A DNA stretch of 64,000 bases from the human T2T-CHM13v2.0 reference genome, Homo sapiens, in NCBI RefSeq assembly GCF_009914755.1, contig NC_060927.1. One strand, written 5' to 3'. The notes beneath the pieces were generated by a model. That model saw only the letters and a program-made list of their open reading frames with translations. It was not told the DNA's origin and searched no databases. Position 1 is the stretch's first letter. Each line of letters opens with the position of its first letter. Position numbers and translations under genes: made by a program. Shown piece by piece: positions 47,262 through 62,701 of the stretch.

Positions 47262-49841
47262 CAGCACAGCAGTGTTTTGTAATTGTCCTTATAGAGATCT
47301 TTCATCTCCTTGTTGAGATGTATCCCTGGGTGTGTGTGTGTGTGTGTGTGTGTGTGTCTGTTGTAAATGGAATTGCATTCTTGATTTGATTCTCAGCTTG
47401 AACACTATTGGTGTATAGAAATGCTACCAATTTTTGTACAATGGTATTGTGTCCTGAAACTTCACGAAGTTGTTTATCAGTTCTAAGAGCCTTTTGGCAG
47501 AGTCTCTAGGGTTTTCTAGGTATAGAATGATATCATCAGCAAAGAGAGAGAGTTTGACTTCTTCTTTTCCTATTTGGATGCCTTTTATCTCTTTCTCTTG
47601 CCCGACTGCTCTGGCCAGGATTTCTAGTACTATGTTGAATAGGAGTCGTGAGAGTGGGTACCCTTGTCTTGTTCCAGTTTTCAATTGGAATGGTTCCAGC
47701 TTTGGCCATTCAGTATTATGTTGGCTGTGGGTTTGTCATAGATGGCTCTTACTTTCAGGTATGTTCCTTTGATGCCTAGTTTGTTGAGTGTTTATCATGA
47801 AGGGATGTCTGATTTTATAAAAGTTTTTCCTACATCTATTTAGATGATCATAGGACTTTGTTTTTAATTCAGTTTATGTGGTGAATCACATTTATCAATT
47901 TGCATATGTTGAACCAACTTTGCATCCCAGGAATAAAGCCTACAGAGGTGATACAAGTAAATGAAAAAACATTCCATGATCATAAATTGGAAGAATCAAT
48001 ATTGTTAAAATGTCCATACTGTCCAAAGCAATGCACAGATTCAACAGTATTCCTATCAAACTACCAACATCATTTTTCACAGAATTTTTAAAAAATGATT
48101 CTAAAATTTATATGGAATCAAAAAGGAGCCCAAATAGTCAAAGCAATCTTAAGCAAAAAGAGGCATCACATTATCCAACTTCAAACCATACTATAATGCA
48201 AGCTTGTCCAACCTGTGGCCCAGAATGGCTTTGAATGTGACGAACACAAATTCATGAACTTCCTTAAAACATTATGAGATTTTCTTGCAATTTTTTTAGT
48301 TCATCAGCTATCATTAATGTTATCGTATTTTACGTATGGCCCACAACAATTCTTCTTCCAATGTGGCCCAGGGAAACCAAAAGATTGGACACTGCTCCTA
48401 AGGCTGCAGTAACCAAAACAACATCATACTGATACTGAAACAGACACATAGACCAATGGAACAGACTAAAGAACCCAGAAATAAAGCCACACACCTACAA
48501 CCATCTGAACTTTGACAAATGCAACAAAAATAGGCAATGGGAAAAGAACTCCTCATTCAATAAAATGGTGCTGGGATACCTGGCTAGCCATATGCAGAAT
48601 AATGAAACTGGACCCCTACCTATCACCATATACAAAAATTAACTCAAGATAGATTAAAGACTTAAATGTAAGACCTCCAACTATAAAAATCCTAGAAGAA
48701 AACCTAGGAAATACCTTTCTTGATATCAGCCTTGGCAAAACAAAAAACAAAAAACAAAAAAAAAACAGTAAGTCTAAGTCCTCAAAAGCAATTGCAACAC
48801 AAACAAAAATTGATTTGGAACCTAATTAAACTAAAGAGCTTCTGCACTGCAAGAGAACCTATCAAGGGAGTAAACAGACAACCTATGGAATGGGAGAAAA
48901 TATTCACAAACTATGCATTTGACAAAAGTCTAATATCCAGAATCTATAATAACTTAAATAATTCAATAAGCAAAAAACAAATAACCCCATTAAAAAGTAG
49001 GCAAAGGACATGAACAAACACTTCTCAAAAGAAGACATACAAGTTGCCAACAAACATATGAAAAACTGCTTCATATCACTAATCATCACTAATCATAAGA
49101 GAAATGGAAACCAAAACCACAATGAGATACTATCTCATACCAGTCAGAATGGCATTTTTTAAAAAGTCAAAAAATAACAGATGTTGACAAGGCTGTGGAG
49201 AAAAGCAGACATTTATACACTGTTGGTGGAAATGTAAAATTAGTCCAGCCACTGTGAAGAACAGTTTGGAGATTTCTCAAAGAACTAAGAGTTGAACTAC
49301 CATTCAACTCAGCAATCTTATTACTGGGTATATACCCAAAGGAAAATAAATTATTATACCAAAAGGACCCACGCAGCTGTATGTTTGTTGCAGAGCTATT
49401 CAAAACAGCAAAAACATGGAATCAACCCAGTTGCCCATCAATGGTAGACTGGATAAAGAAAATGTGGCACATATTACCATGAAATACTATGCAGCTATGG
49501 AAGAATGAAATAATATCCTTTGCAGCAACATGAATACAGCTGGAGGTCATTATCCTAACTGAATCAATGCAGGAACAAAAAATCAAATACCACATATTCT
49601 CACTTATAAATGAGAGCTAAATACTGGGTATGCATGGACATAAAGATGGGAACAAATAGACACTGAGGACTACTCGGGAGAGAGGGAGAAGGGCAACACT
49701 GAAAACTACCTGTTGATACTATGCTTACTACCTGGGTGATAGGTTCAATCACACCCCAAACCTCAGCATCACACATACACTTTTGTAACAAACCTGCACA
49801 TGTACCCCGATTCTAAAATAAAAGTTGGAAAGGAGAAAATA
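47262..49841 (+). mobile_element. LINE-1 (late L1PA/L1PB age) with 5' inversion: about 47267-47943 minus, about 47944-49841 plus
   Basis: Minus-strand RT piece ([18 protein letters not shown]) abuts the plus-strand continuation, 3' UTR and AATAAA; inserted in an older minus-strand L1MC-like element (about 47010-51045). Confidence 0.9.
48199..48397 (-). mobile_element. MER30 DNA transposon inserted in the L1
   Basis: CAAGCTTGTCCAACC...ATGTGGCCCAGGGAAACCAAAAGATTGGACAC matches the reverse of the recalled MER30 consensus. Confidence 0.85.
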
Positions 49842-49980
49842 AAAACCACATGTGGCATTTGATTTCATATCACTTTTAGTGTGTAATAATTCCTTAGTCA
49901 TTGCTTTTCTTGACCTTGATATTTTTGAAGAGTACTGGTCAATTTTTTTGTAGAACATCACTCAATTTCAGTTTGTCTAG

Positions 49981-50400
<420 letters not shown>

Positions 50401-51490
50401 TGATGTGAATATGTCTAATTATTGGTGGTGTTACCTTTGATAATTTAAGGTGGTGTCTCCCAGGTTCTTCCACCGTAAAGTTACTCTTTTTATCCTTATA
50501 ATTAATCAGTGTCTTGTGGGGAGATACTTTAATACTTTGTGAATATTCTGTTTACAAGATCATCATACTTTCACTAATTTTAGCATCCACGGATGATTCT
50601 TGCCTGAAATAATTGTTACGGTGGTGTTTGCCAAATGGTAATAATCCATTTTCCATTATTATTCTACATGTATTAGCTAGAATTCAACTGTAAGAAAGAG
50701 CTTTCCATTCTCCTCCATTTATTTATATATTCAATTATTTATTTATATTGGTATGGACTCGTGCATTTATTTTATTCTATGGGCTATAACCCATTATTGT
50801 CATCGTTTAATTTGTTGCACAAATTGTCCTAGATTTGGCCAATGGAAAATCCTTAAAGTTGTCTCTTGTGTCCTTTGATGTATTCCCATTACTATTTAAG
50901 CACTTTCTTATTTTCTGGCACCACAAGATGTTCTAGGCTTCTCCTCCTACTTTCCCTGTCATAGTCCTAGAACCAACTACATGTCCATAGAGCCCTAGGT
51001 CTTTTCACTGAAGAATGGTATTTAGAAACCAAGATGTAGGCACTAACTATGCCTGACAACTTTCTATGCCTTGCCATTTAGGAATTTCCCAAATCTCTGC
51101 CTGCACTGATTATTGTGATTTTTCTACATTACTAATTTACATCTTATTTTCTGTTTACCGCTGCAGCTCCTCTGTTTATATTAAAGCCCAATCAAGAAGT
51201 CCTAGCTGGTATTAAATTCAGTACATGGGCTTATTTTGTTTAGTCATTAACATTTTTTAAATCGGTAGATTTCACATGAGACAAATCCTAGCTTCTCTTG
51301 AAAATCAAGAGTTCATCTGAGCATCATGCTTAAGAGCATGGACTCTGGATTTGAAATTGGGTTTGAATTCTAGCTACGCCTATCACTAGCCATGTCACCT
51401 CAGACAAGTTACTTAACCTCTCTCATGCTTCAGTTTCTCATCGGCTAAGTGGGGCTAATAATAGTATGCAATCATAGGGTTGTTCTGGGA

Positions 51491-51638
51491 TTAAATAAAT
51501 TAATTTATATAAAGCACTTAAAGCAAGGTCTTTAAATAAATTAATTTATATAAAGTACCTAAAGCAGAATTATATAAAGTACTTAAAGCAGGGTCTTTAA
51601 ATAAATTAATTTATATAAAGTACTTAAAGCAGAATTAC
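51491..51638. repeat. Local AT-rich tandem amplification at the end of a MIR-like element
   Basis: Three copies of TTAAATAAATTAATTTATATAAAG(C/T)AC(T/C)TAAAGCA plus one partial copy. Confidence 0.85.
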
Positions 51639-51721
51639 GTGTTAGGTTTTGTCATTATCTAGTAACAGTAGGACTGCAGTCCACATTGCAATAATCAGCT
51701 ACAACTAAATAACAGCTGCTG

Positions 51722-51814
51722 AGTGTGTCAGAATGGCCAAGTGGTCTAAGGCACCAGACTCAAGCTTTCCCTTCCTGCACTTGGGACTTCTGGTCTCCAC
51801 AGAGAGGTGTGGGT
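51722..51814 (+). pseudogene. tRNA-Leu(CAA) retropseudogene: intron-containing, 3'-truncated
   Basis: GTCAGAATGGCCAAGTGGTCTAAGGCACCAGACT-CAA-G (anticodon 51761-51763), 23-nt intron 51765-51787, TTCTGGTCTCC...GGTGTGGGT, then stops; TSD TAAATAACAGCTGCTG at 51706-51721 and 51814-51829. Confidence 0.9.
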
Positions 51815-52274
51815 AAATAACAGCTGCTGCCTTCACATACATCATGCATTCCTCACCACCCACAGTCCCCACTACTCCTTAGAGTATGACCTGTACTGAG
51901 GGAGAGTGTCATGTGGCATTTATCATCTTATGATCCACCTATTATCTACTTGGCCCTGGAAGTCATTTGAATATGTACCCTTGCTCTAATAGGAAAGGCC
52001 TATTATAAAGCAAATCATACAATTCAATGAACTTGGCTCAGGTTTTTAAAACTATGACATTTTGAAGGTTTCCTTCCATTTCACCAACTACCTCCAAGTG
52101 CTATTTGAGGTTAGCAGCAACTCAGAAAAGAGATATGCCTCTTTCTCTTTTGATTATTCTAAGTCAAGAGCTAAAAAAACTTACCTGAATGTATTTAATG
52201 CCCTACAGATCTTAACCCCCTTTTTCTTGATGAAACTAGACCCCATCCAAAACTGTCCCACTTCCAGGGTGTGA

Positions 52275-52632
<358 letters not shown>

Positions 52633-52683
52633 ATCATCTAGTACCTGTTTCTAAAACAACACATATCTTCCCATTCCTCTCCA

Positions 52684-52685
52684 TT

Positions 52686-52719
<34 letters not shown>

Positions 52720-52998
52720 CGGAGTCTTGCTCTGTTGCCCAGGCTGAGCTGCAGTGGAGTGATCTCAGATCACTGCAACCTCTGTCTCCTGGGTTCAAGT
52801 GATTCTCCCACCTCAGCCTCCTGAGTAACTGGGATTACAAGTGTGTGCGGCAATGCCCAGCTAACTTTTCTATTTTTAGTAGAGACGGGGTTTCACCATG
52901 TTGGCCAGGCTGGATCTTGAGCTCCTGACCTCAAGTGATCTGCCTGCCTCAGCCTCCCAACGTGCTAGGATTACAGGTGTGAGCCACCACGCTAGGAC
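52684..52998 (-). mobile_element. AluS(x/z)
   Basis: Reverse dimer; TSD CTCTCCATTTTC on both sides. Confidence 0.92.
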
Positions 52999-53851
52999 AC
53001 TCTCCATTTTCATAGCTCCCAAATAGCATATTCAATCTGTCTCTCTCTCTCTTTTTCTCTTCTCTTTCCCAGTACACAAAATACACACGTATGCACACAT
53101 GTGTGTGCACACTTTTATAGAGACAGATGGCATCCTGTTCTCTTAAGAAAAAAAGGAGTTTGAATTGTTGAAAGCTAGTGGATATGCAGAACTCAGATAA
53201 ATATAACCTCTTCAGAAGCAGGGAGTGGGATGTTGGAATTAAACTAAACTAATTCCTATTTTTTCCTACTACCAAGTATTTCTAACTCCATTTCTTGACA
53301 CCGCTGGTAATGTGACCCGATAGTAGATATTATTCAGCCTCTGCAATCATTTTGGAACAGTACTCTGATTTTCCCTTAGAGAACTGTTTCTACCCTGGTA
53401 CACAGAGTATAAAATGACTGTCAGTCAGGGTGTCACCCTCTCCTAGACAGGGAGTGAGGACATGATCCAAGCTAAGTCCAATCAATGACCTCTCCTAGGA
53501 ATCAGAATTTTGAAACAAGTGAAAAGGAATGGGAACAGTTTCAGACAATTCATTTTGGTAATGGCACCTTGAAGAGAATTCCATGACATCTGGACCATGG
53601 ATCTCACTAATATTAGTAATTTAACCTCTCTAAGCTTCAAGGTACTTATCTGCAAAATAAGCATAATAATAAAAATTGACAGAAAAGATACTGAGATTAA
53701 ATTAGATAAAACATGTAAGCAAAATATCCATCACTGTGTCTCAAAAGGGAGTTATAGCTCAATAAAGCAGAGGAATAATAATTAATTATTACTATTTAGA
53801 ATGAGCACTATGATTCCAGGCTAGATTTCATATTGAATATAATAAAAATAG

Positions 53852-54270
<419 letters not shown>

Positions 54271-57200
54271 CACAACTTTTCTTTCTATGAGCAAGATCTC
54301 ATATCCCTCTTGCTATGACGAGAGAGGGATATAGGCATTTCAGTTTCATTCAGCCTGGGCCGTCACTTCTTCCAAGCTTCTAAGAGCCTCCCTAGCAATT
54401 TGTCTGCACTATTCTCTGGGGTCCTTGTCAGGAAATCTCACATCCCAAGAGAGTGGCCCCAAGTCAATACACTCTTCTTTATCCAGTCTTTCATTTCAGA
54501 CCTTGGCCGGAACCTTCCGTAGCTCCTTTCAGTGCAGGTAGACTAATTCTTGCAGCTTCTTTGGGACATGGTCTTTTTCTTTCCATGTCAAGTCTAGCTC
54601 ATTCCTGTATGGGCTATACTGTTACTTAGTCTTAGTTATCAGCCTGGCAGCCGGGAAAGGTAATGCAGATCCTGAGGGAGCCTGTGTTGCTTCGCACAGC
54701 AGAGGCCTCCGTAGTGTCTTCCCATACTGGGAATAGGAGATGAGAGTGCTAACTCTTAATAGAGAGAGATGGGTGCCTCTGAAGGTTCTGAGGGTACAGA
54801 TCTCCAACTCAATGGGTAGCTCCAGAATAGAAATTGCCTATTAGAACTCTTACAATCTACTTTATATATTTGAATATAGAAACAATATTTTAAATTAGTT
54901 ACTGCCAGGAAAAAATGAATCAAAAAGCATGTCATGATAAATGAATAAGATGCTATTGCAATGAATGTATCAATTTTGCAAAATCAGATTGGAGCAAGCT
55001 ATTACCAAGTATCAGTTTCAGTTTCTTGTCAATTTTCTCTTCTCTCTTGGAGTAACAATATTTTGGGAATCCCAGAGTCTCAAAAATATGTGAACAGAGA
55101 TGACAAGAAGTTTGTATGTATGTATGCTTGTTTGCTTTTACTACATTGTAAGCTATGAGGAGAAATAATCAAGGAAAGACACTTAGAATGCAGCTACAAA
55201 GACAGAAAGCAAGCAGAAATTTCAAGTTACTGTAGGACATTCTGTGAGAACAAGTCACTAATGACATAAGGAAGACTGATAGGTTCCCTACTCTGGGGTC
55301 AATCTTGGGATTACCTATCCAAAAACATTTTCAGTGAATATAGTGACATTTTACCATTGAAGCTGTAATTTTTATCACATTTAAATAGTTTGCAGTCTTC
55401 AAGATCAACTTTCTGCACACAATGCTCAAACTTCATTTTTGATTGAAGCAATACTATTGTTTTCAGTGAAAACTTTCGCAATTTATCATGTACCATCCTT
55501 TTAAACACACTAAGTAAAGGGAAATGGTTTTGAGACGAGATGTTCTCAAAATGAAGCAGGCTGATCCAAAGGTAGTGAGTTATGTCAGTTGTTTGTTCCT
55601 AGTCAGTTATAAATCGAACTCCTGTTTCTACTTCCCCACTTCTAGCCATTGCATTTGACTAGTCTAAATATATAACAGAAGCAGTGTTCACTAATAAATT
55701 CAAGATATAAGCACTCCCAAAGTTTTACATGTGATTAATTTGGCCCCATTTATTATTTTTTAAGTTGCTGCTCTGTTCACTAACAACTCATGTATTTTAT
55801 TGAAATATTTTTGTTTGCACTTTGCAAATAGACATAATTTCACAAATATTCTCATTGCAAATAGTAGTAAACAAAAATCAGTGAAAAACTAGATCAATAT
55901 TTGTCTTCAACGTAACGTGTGAATACACTTTGAGCATATGAAAATGTATCCTTCAATAATAGAGTTCAAAAAGGTCCACTGTTTCAGTTCAAATACCAAT
56001 TTTTGAGGCAAAACATGTTTTGGCCAAATCTGCAGTTCCAAATCTTCATCAAATCTCCTCCTGGTCAGTAGCTTCGTTACCCACAAGGATTCTGAAACAG
56101 ATTTTATAGGTGGCTTTAATTATATCATTTTTTTGTTTAAATTATTGTATGGTTTTTTTTTTTCAGTTTGAAAATTTTTAGTGACTTTCTTCATTTGTGT
56201 GGTTGGTTTTTAAACACCACTGAAAGAGCGGTTGTTTTGTATAGTTACTCATCCCCATAAATCATACTAAGGTTTAAGCTATTTTGTACATCCCCAATAA
56301 GACTCATGCTTACAGAAATATCCACGGAAGAGGCATCTCCTGCCCACCAAATATCTATATGCTTCTCCACATTTCCTTAAACACTTGCAGCCAGATAATC
56401 TCAATGTAAGTATTCTCGGCTGGGAAAGAAAATACGTAAGCAATTTCTAAGTCAAAGCATTTAACAGCCAGTACATGATCTTCCAAATATGGAAGCTGTG
56501 TTTTGCGATGAGTCACAATATGAAAGCAGACTAGCTACCCGAGTATCTGTCTGGAAGGGAGCTGCCCTGGAGAGTCTATCGGATCTATAATCAACTAGGC
56601 AAGTGAGAAATAAGCCATTGCATTAAGCCACTAAGATTTTGATGTTAATATGCTACCACCCATAACCTAGAATCTGAGTACATTCTCCATTTTTTCATTT
56701 ACTGCTGCCTCCTACTGCTCACTCTACTGTAGTTGGAGTAATGCTAACTTTTTTTCTGGGAAGTTTAATGAGGAAGTCTTCAGGGACCCTTCCACTTGTT
56801 CACAACCTTTGATCATTTTGGTTATTTTATTTTAGTATGAACATTTTATATATTCATGGGTTTTAAGCTTATGCATCAAAATGTTTATTTTCCACCATCA
56901 ATGGGTGGTCCTAATTGAAGATGTAATTTAAAATATGTAGCATTTTAAGATGACAAAAAGAATCATTACAATAGCTCTTAAAATGGAATTTCAGGTATAT
57001 TTGTATTACAAGAAAACTCACTGGCATAGGAAGTAAAACTAAGCAGAGCTTCATATATGTAAACAAAACATTTGTTTATGGGAAATTATGTTAGTAAGTT
57101 ACACTGATATGTGAGAATGAAATGTTTTCTATAATCAAATTATAAGTAAATACACAAACAAATACATATAGGAATTTGAAAAGATGCAACCTCATGCTTC

Positions 57201-57540
57201 AAAATAATGAATATGTAAGCCTCTATAGGATAACTGAGAAATCACATGGTCTGGGTGCAAGCAATACTCTGGAGGGAGTGGATAATGAGGAGGAAATTGC
57301 ATTTACATAATCTAGACTCATAGTAATAATGTACTCAATTGTGTATGGGTGGGGAGGGGAGCAAATAAACCAATGATATAAAAGTCAAAATTTCTTAGCG
57401 ATTCTTGGTTTGTAATAATATAAAAACACATAAAAATTGAACAAATATAAAATATAAAATTTGTATAAATGCAAACGATAACTGCTGCTTTTGCTTATGG
57501 ATTTATATGACAAATGTTTTAAGAAAAAAAAAAAAATCCA

Positions 57541-57861
57541 GCTGGCTGCAGTAACTCACGCCTGAAATCCCAGCACTTTGGGATGCCAAAGAACGTGGAT
57601 CAGTTCAGCCCAGCAGTTCAAGACCAACTTGGGCAACATGGTGAAACCCCGTCTTTACAAAAAAATACAAAAATTGGCCAGCAGTGGTGGCACGCACCTG
57701 TGGTCCCAGCTACTCAGGAGGCTGAGGTGGGAGGATCACCTCAGCCAGGGAGTCCAGGGAGGTTAAGGCTGCCGTGAGCAGAGATCGCACCACTGCATTC
57801 CAGCCTGAGCGATGGAGTGAGACTGTCTCCTACACACACACACACACATACACACACACAC
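57541..57861 (+). mobile_element. AluJ with (CA)n tail
   Basis: Diverged Alu dimer followed by a CA microsatellite. Confidence 0.88.
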
Positions 57862-58349
57862 AATCCATGACTTTCCTCCAAAATCTTAACATAGATTTCA
57901 GAAAGATGAGACTTGTGAATTCTTTGGGTTTAATTACCCCCAGCACACTAATATGTATAATCCCGGGGTAAAATTACTGCAATTTGAGAAGCTTCACTTC
58001 CGTCTCCCTGAAGATTATGCTTGGATCATACCAGGACACCTGAACACTTTGAATTTTGATTGATTGCGTAGATTTTTCATCAGTGCTTTCACTGAATGAT
58101 ATTTCATTTTTATGCCATCAATTTACATTAAGGGAGTAACAGAAAAAACACATGTAACTCACTACTAGAGCTATTTTTGGTATATTGTTGAGAGCATTGT
58201 ACACAATTGCATATAATGTCCCCTTTATGCAGTTCAAAGAAATAAATGTCTTTCCTACCTCAGTCTAGAAAAAAAATCAACTTTCCTTTTCCTAAGAGAC
58301 TGGTTTTTTTTTTTTAAGCTAATAACACTGTATCTTATAATTTGATCCC

Positions 58350-58895
58350 TGTGGTGGATATCCTGCCAAGATGGCCCCCAGTGATCCCAGCCTCCTGATA
58401 TTCACATTCTTAATTGATTTCCACAATGTACCAGAGATGGTCTCTGTGACCAAAAGAATACTATAGAAATGTTAGTATGCCATTTCCCAGACTAGATCAT
58501 AAAAGGCATTATAGCTTCCTCTCTACCTTTCTTAAATCACTCATTTTGGGTAAATCCAGCTGCCATGTTATACAGACACCCAGGCAGCCCTGTTCAGAGG
58601 CATGGTAAGGAACTGGTGTCTCCTACCAATAGCCAGCCCAGCAAGGAGCCAAGGTCAGTAGCCTTGGCCAACAGCCATGTGATGAGTTATCTTGGAAGGG
58701 GATCCTTCAGGCCCAGTCAAGCCTACACATAACTGCAGCCCTTGTTGACATTTTAACTGCAGCTTCATGAAAAATTCTGGGCCAGAACCACCCAGCTAAG
58801 CCACTCCTAGGTTCCTGATCCTAAGAGATAATGTTTGTTGTTTTAAGCAGCTGAGTTTTGAGGTAACTTGTTATACTGTAATAGATAATTTATCA
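58350..58895 (+). mobile_element. MLT1F/G-like LTR
   Basis: TGTGGTGG...AAGATGGCCCCCAGTGATCCC, AGCTGCCATGTT, CCAGAACCACCCAGCTAAGCC, TAATAGATAA end. Confidence 0.75.
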
Positions 58896-61186
58896 ATCAT
58901 CTTCACTCTTTTTTCTGGCTGTTATGGATACTAGATTCAAACATGAAACTCACCTCTAAAATCTACACAGGACTCCCATCATTTATTTTTTTTACCCTAG
59001 CATTATTTTTTTTGCTGTATTTCCTTATTTTTTTAATTTTAATTCCATTTTCTGTTTATTTAACTTTACTACAATATGCCATAAGCCACCTCGAATAGTT
59101 TTGGGGAATGAGGCAAAGTAATTTTTATGACAAAATATAACCAGAGGAAGATAATAGAAGCAAATAAATAAAACATTGCATGTTACACCTAAGTTTGAAG
59201 TTTTCTTCAATGTGGAGGAAACTACAGTTTTATTTGAAACTTTTAAAACAGATTTAAACATAAGTTCTAGATAGAAAAAAATAAAGATATTCAACAGTTA
59301 TAAGTGATTAGAAATGAAGATCATATTTTTATCTTCTAAGTAGTGATTCCCAAGCACCAGTCCATAAATATATTTTCACCAGTCTGTCAGAAAACAAGAA
59401 AAGGAACAATGCATTCAATTTTCTATTACATTAAATTTATTCAACTTAAATTTGACTGTTCATATTGAGATCTATCGTCTTCCTAATTTTTATGTGCCTT
59501 CTTTTATAATATGACCATAACAGTCAGTGGTGGTTGTTTGATGTTCTTAATCATACAATTTCCCCATTCCCTCTCCCCAGCATTTATGTGTTTTTGTTCA
59601 GTTTTGTCTTATTAAGTGTTCACTGTGCATGAAACTACTAAGTGCAGGAACCCCTGCTCCTAGAGAAGTACTGAAGAATGGTGGGGCAGGGGCAGGATAA
59701 TGTTTGAGGGGGGGAAAACACACCTTCAATTTACCCTTTGTTTTCATAACACTAACTATAGGAGCAAAAGCTCAACACCTTGTATCTCAGGTTTCCCCCT
59801 CCCTGATCTGGTTGAGTGTCATTATTCTAGAGCAGTCAGGTACCTACCTTTGGACCTTAGGCCCTGCGGAGATATATAAGAGAACATCCAATCCTTTGGC
59901 ACACAAAAATTATCTGTAGTCTGAAAGAGTATCTCCAGATAATATATACACTATGCTTGAAATATGTAGAGATGCTGGGTACAGTTAATCAAATTCCATT
60001 AAAAGTGGTCTAACTTCAGGGAGATTTTTATATATTGTGTCTTCTCCCAATTACCAAATACAAAAATACAATTACTATACCATAGGCATTTTCTTAAAAT
60101 TTTTCATGCTTTTAAAAAGGGGCCTTTGAGATAGTGGGGAACAATTGGTGCTATATAAATGCTTTTAAATAGATTATAGGAGACTTAAAGAAGAAAATTG
60201 ACAAGAAAGCATAACTAAATGGTTGAATATTTTTCCCCATAATACAAGCTGCTGGGAAGGTTTTCAGCAGTGACGAATTCACAATCTGACACATAACTCT
60301 TTAATTTGCTTTATAAGGTTAAGTGGTTCCTTGCTGCCATCTCCAAATGAAATTAAGTTGCCTCACTTTAAAAGGTGAAATTCTTTCTTTTTCAGATTCT
60401 CCAAATAATTTGTTCATTATTTCTAATACTCTGTTTATGAGACAATAAAACCAATTTCCATAAACCACTCTAGAGAATTAGTAATTACTTCATATAGCAG
60501 AGCTCCAGTTTCCACAAGTAATGTAAGAAGATGGTCACAGACTACAACTTCTCAGTGAGGAGTCAGTATATTCTTTATCTCCTGTGGTGTTTTGAATATT
60601 TAAACATGCCTGCAGTACTGTACTTTCCATTTCATTTTATCTCACCTGTGCTTTGCATTTCCCTGTGATAAACTATCTATTGTGAACTTACATCTTTCCC
60701 AATACCGGATATTGTATTCTTTGAGTAACAGAAACACATGTTCAGAATCAATCTAGCCAGTTTTTAATTTGGGGAGGATGAGAGATACACCTGAAACTAT
60801 TCTGCTACCTTTTAGCAGAGCAGATGGACCTGAAAAAAAGAAGGCAAGGAGTTAACCTTTCTTGTTTCTCCAGCAACTTTTCCACAGCTATTTTCCTCCC
60901 TTTTCAGCGACTGTTTTCTAATCTAGGTTTGCTTTCCCCTCAAATCTGGAGGATAAATAAAGCTCTGCAAAGTAAATGGCATGTGAAAAAAAAAGCTACA
61001 TCTTAGAAATGGAAAGCAAAACAAAAACAAAAACACACCTAAACCCAATGCTCGAATGTATAAAACAGGAAAATAAGACCCTGAGTGGCCTATGTGTCCG
61101 GACTAAGGTCACACCACTACTTACAACAAACTGCCAGGATTAGAATTCAGGCTCCCCAGGGCCAGCCTAGAGTTTCTCATATGTAG

Positions 61187-61633
<447 letters not shown>

Positions 61634-61901
61634 TAGAACGGAAGGAAGTCCTTCATCTGGAGTCTCTTCCATCACAGCAAATGCTGGTTTCAAAAACAAT
61701 TTAATTTTACATTTGCTTTGAAAAGTCTAGTAATGTTGTCATGGCACACCTACCCAGCCAACATTTTCTTTAGGGCCACAAGTTTTCTAAAAGTGAAATA
61801 AATATAAAAAATAAAAACATTTCCCATTTCACAGAATGCAAAAAGAAAGGGGAGTGGAGAGGGAGAGAGAGAAAATGACACTATAATAAGTGTATGACAA
61901 T

Positions 61902-62264
61902 TGTCTTGGTCCATCCAGGCTGCTATAACAAAATACCTTAGACTGAGTAACTTATAAACAAAAACAATTTATTGTTCACAGTTCTGGAGGCTGGGAAGTC
62001 TAAGATCAAGATGCCAGCAGATTTGGTGTCTGGTGATGGCTTGTTCCTCATAAATGGTGCCTTTTATGTGTCCTCATGTGGTAGCAGGAACAAACAAGCT
62101 CCCTGGGTCCTCTTTTATAATGGCACCAATCACATTCATGACGGTGAGGATTTTGCCCTCCTGACCTAATGACCTCCTAAAGGCCCCAACCTTAACACTC
62201 TTGCATTGGGGATTAAGTTTCAACATATGAATCTGAGGGGAACACAAATATTCAGACCATAGCA
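61902..62264 (-). mobile_element. MaLR solo LTR (MST/MLT1A-like)
   Basis: TG...CA ends (TGTCTTGGTCC...CAGACCATAGCA), CAGTTCTGGAGGCTGGGAAGTCTAAGATCAAG, 5-bp TSD-like ACAAT / ACAGT. Confidence 0.85.
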
Positions 62265-62383
62265 ACAGTGAAAGCTAGTGAACAAATTAAATGATATTTT
62301 CTGACCTTAATTTACTTACAATTGTTTTAATTATCAAGAAATAATATTACCTACCTCATTTTTACATTTTAAAAATAATTGCC

Positions 62384-62701
<318 letters not shown>

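Noticed and set aside
51727-51814. Functional tRNA-Leu gene
   Set aside because: T loop, B box and 3' acceptor strand are missing, and CpG sites have decayed.
51491-51829. Direct repeats resembling a CRISPR array
   Set aside because: No unique regular spacers or cas genes, and a eukaryotic context; explained by tandem duplication and a TSD.
55310-56270. Possible decayed hAT/Charlie transposase remnants on the minus strand
   Set aside because: Only faint motif resemblance by eye; needs a profile search before it can be called.
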